20,076 nucleotides of DNA from positions 1-20,076 of the forward strand of contig JBEKXL010000032.1 in NCBI GenBank assembly GCA_049512075.1. Reading direction: 5' to 3'. The position numbers were made by a program, and so were the translations under genes. The notes beneath the pieces are model-generated. The model was not told where the DNA came from. It was given only the letters and a program-made list of their open reading frames with translations, and searched no databases. The DNA is from Candidatus Bathyarchaeia archaeon (GTDB lineage Archaea > Thermoproteota > Bathyarchaeia > Bathyarchaeales > Bathycorpusculaceae). Positions 17,070-20,076 of the stretch are shown here, piece after piece; position 1 is the stretch's first letter; every line of letters begins with the position of its first letter.

Positions 17070-17364
17070 ATCACTGTTTTCATTCCTATTTTGATTATTG
17101 AGGCTTGATTTAAGGTTAGCGTGCGCTCCATTCAGTTGATATGATGTTCCTTCCGCAGCGCGCGCTCCACATGATGACTGCGCGCACATCGACTTCTATG
17201 GCAATGGCCAGTGCGCGCGCATTGATTATCGCGTCGCATCATCAAAAACAAAAACGCCAGAGCAAAAAAATCTCATTGAAGGCTCTTATCACATACGACG
17301 TAATCCTTATATGTGCGAAACCTGCTTCTGGAATAGTTTGGCTAGTTACTTGAAGCCATAAAAG

Positions 17365-17508
17365 AGATGCAGCTCCCCATCGACTGGTGTGGAGTGAAGG
17401 GTGACAGTGAGCAGAGCAGTCGCTCACGATGACACCGTGCATAGACCCGTAATACCTGCACATAAATAAGTTTCACCGATACGTTATACAGACACTGCCG
17501 TAAGGTCC
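17365..17508 (+). other. Structured pre-23S leader
   Basis: Hairpin GTGAGC(17407-17412)/GCTCAC(17422-17427) closed by GGTG/CACC with GA/TGA bulges, resembling archaeal pre-rRNA spacer helices. Confidence 0.45.
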
Positions 17509-20076
17509 GATATGCTACGCCGTCTGGAGAATGGCTTGGCTTGAGTGCTGATGAAGGGCGCGGCAAGCCGCGAAAGAGCCCTGGGTAAGCGCATGCAGCC
17601 TTAGAACCAGGGATTCCTCAATGGGACTTCCCATCATGGTTCTTCGGAACCATGATACTCCTTTTTAGGAGGGGGAACCCCCCGAATTGAAGCATCTTAG
17701 TAGGGGGAGGAAAAGAAACCAACACGGGATTCCCTTATTAGCAGCGAGCGAAGAGGGAAAAGTCCAAACTGAATCCTTCAGGGAAACCTGTGGGAGATGT
17801 GGGGTTAAGGGCCTGGCTTCCTTCTCACCGGCAAAACTGAAGTGGCCTGGAAAGGCCTGCCATAGAGGGTGAAAGCCCCGTAAGGATAAGCTGGAAGAAG
17901 TTGAGCTGGAGTCCCGGAGTACCGTACCCTGGCTTGGGTGCGGGAAATTGGGAGTCACCAACTTCCAAGACTAAATACAACTCAAGACCGATAGCGCACT
18001 AGTACGGTGACGGAAAGATGAAAAGTACCCCGGAAGGGGGGTGCAAAGTGCCTGAAACCAGACGGTTACAGACGTGTGCAGCCCGGAAGGGTAGATCCCT
18101 TTCAAAGGAGGCCGTCGTGAGGCGGTAGTACAAGAAAGGGGGACCAGGGTTGCATACTCCGTCTATAAACACGGGCCGGGGAGTTCATGGCTGTGGCAAG
18201 CCTAAAGGTGCGAAGCCTGAAGGCGAAGGGAAACCAACATGCACGCAACCACCTTTTGGTGGCGAGGTGCGGAGTCTGAAAGGGCCCGGAGTCACGGCTT
18301 TGAGACTAGAAACCGGGCGATCTAGCCCTGGGCAGGGCGAAGCTAGGCGAAAGCCTAGTGGAGGCTCGCAAGGGTGCTGACGTGCAATTCGTTCTTCAGA
18401 CCTGGGGCTAGGGGCTAAAGACCAATCTAGCCCGGTGATATCTAGTTCCCTCCAAAGTGGGTCGCAGCCCAGTCCCGGACGAGGCGGCTGATGGGGTAGA
18501 GCACTGATTAGGAAGTAAGGAGCCGAAAGGTTCCATTTCTTTTTCAAACTCCGAATCTTTCAGCGTCGTAGACTCTGGGAAACGGGTTAGTGGGGGTAAG
18601 CTCCATGACCGAGAGGGGGACAACCCAGACTGAGGTTAAGGTCCCCAAGTGCTGGCCAAATGTCAAACAAAAGGGCGTCGTCAGCCTCAGACAGCGGGGA
18701 GGTAGGCTTAGAAGCAGCCACCCTTCAAAGAAAGCGTAACAGCTCACCCGCCGAGGCTCACGGCCCCGAAAATTGACGGGGCTAAGCCAGCCACCGATAC
18801 CTCAGAATGCAACATTCACTGTTGCACTGGTAGGAGGGCGTCCTGACTGGACAGAAGCTGGGCCTTGAGGTCCAGTGGACCGATCAGGATTGCAGATCCC
18901 GGCGGTAGTAACAGCAAAGAGGGGTGAGAATCCCCTCCGCCGAAGGGGCCAGGGTTCCCCGGCAACGATCGTCAGCCGGGGGTAAGTCGGTCCTAAGATA
19001 TGGCCTAACCGACCATGTCAAAAGGGAATCCGGTTAAGATCCCGGAACCACGAGGATACACGCGGCAACGCAAGCTCAACGTCTGACGCTTCGAGATATG
19101 CTGAGCAAGGCTGTCGCCTTGTTTAACTGTATAAGCCTGGGAAGTGCCGTAATGGCGAGAACCAGGTGAAGTCAGGAATAGCCGCCCGTTTTAGGGGGGT
19201 TCAGCCGATTTTTGGAGCCAGTGAAAAGGGCGTTGGGATGGATTCTTCGTGTCCGTACCTAGAACCGACACAGGTGTCTCTAGGCGAGGAACCTAAGGCG
19301 TGTCGGGTATACACTATTGTGAGGGAACTCGGCAATCTAGCCCCGTACCTTTGGTATAAGGGGTGCCTGCTGCTTTTGCCTTTGGCTGGAGTAGCAGGTC
19401 GCAGTGACATGGGGGTCCCGACTGTTTAATAAAAACACAGGAAACCGCAAGCGCGAAAGCGTGTGAACGGTTTCTGAATCCTGGCCAGTACGGGTACCTG
19501 AAATCCGGGTCCAACCGGACTAAGGGCCCGCAAACGCCGGGAGTAACTCTGACTCTCTCAAGGTAGCCAAATGCCTTGTCGGGTAAGTTCCGACGTGCAT
19601 GAATGGATCAACGAGGGCCCCGCTGTCCCCACGTAGTACCCGGTGAAACCACATAACGTGGACGAACAGTCCACGAACTCCCAGCGGGAAAAGAAGTCCC
19701 TGTGGAGTTTTACTGCAGCCTGCCGCTGGAATACGTTTGCGGATGCAGAGCGTAGACGGGAGCCGTTATACTCCGGTTTCTCCGGGAGCTGGGGAAGGCT
19801 ACAATGGAACACCGTCCTTCTGCGACCGTGTTTCTAACCGGCGCTTCGGCGCTGAAACAACGGTTGGTGGGCAGTTCGGCTGGGGCGGCACGCCCTTGAA
19901 AAGATATCAAGGGCGCCCTAAGGTCGGCTCAGGCGGGACAGAAACCCGCCGTAGAGTGCAAAGGCAAAAGCCGGCCTGACTGGATCCTCCAAAGTAAGGG
20001 ATCCAGAGGCGAAAGCCGGGCTTAGCGATCATCCATGTCCCCCTTGGTGGGGGCTGGATGTGTCAGAAAAATTACC
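17509..20076 (+). rRNA. rrl: 23S rRNA (5' end approximate; 3' end off window, stops in domain V)
   Basis: Conserved LSU motifs: GATGAAGG, GAATTGAAGCATCTTAGTA, CTTAGAAGCAGC..GCGTAACAGCTCAC, AAGGTAGCCAAATGCCTTGTC, P-loop CTGGGGCGGC. Confidence 0.98.

Noticed and set aside
17665-19979. ORFs on both strands within the 23S region
   Set aside because: Shadow ORFs of rRNA. No homing-endonuclease ORF or intron-sized insertion was visible by eye.
1-20076. CRISPR array or tandem repeat array
   Set aside because: No regularly spaced 25-40 bp repeats seen. The GCGC tracts are short and irregularly spaced.

Overview
Archaeal (TACK-type, probably Bathyarchaeia; inferred from TBP, 23S and kinase style) chromosomal window. 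Intact housekeeping genes: cdc48 (5' part), Alba, a Cren7-like Zn-ribbon protein, TBP, a TRAM protein, a CheY-like regulator, thiL, trmY, tRNA-Pro(TGG), tRNA-Thr(CGT), tRNA-Thr(TGT) and a 3'-truncated 23S rRNA with no 16S upstream. These are mixed with many decayed genes: hsp20, PHP, S17e, thermosome, YkgJ and a PAS histidine kinase. Two unrelated transposons are fully delimited. One is a 2,568-bp IS6/IS1-like element with 25-bp TIRs, a 9-bp TSD (GCGCGCGCC) and up to six passenger genes. The other is a 1,095-bp IS5/IS1182-like element with an 8-bp TSD (AGCGCGCT). Both inserted into alternating (GC)n tracts, which are over-represented between genes here and lie at or near several gene-fragment breakpoints. 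The cargo transposon and this (GC)n target system are the best candidates for something undescribed. All family assignments come from motif recognition, not database searches.
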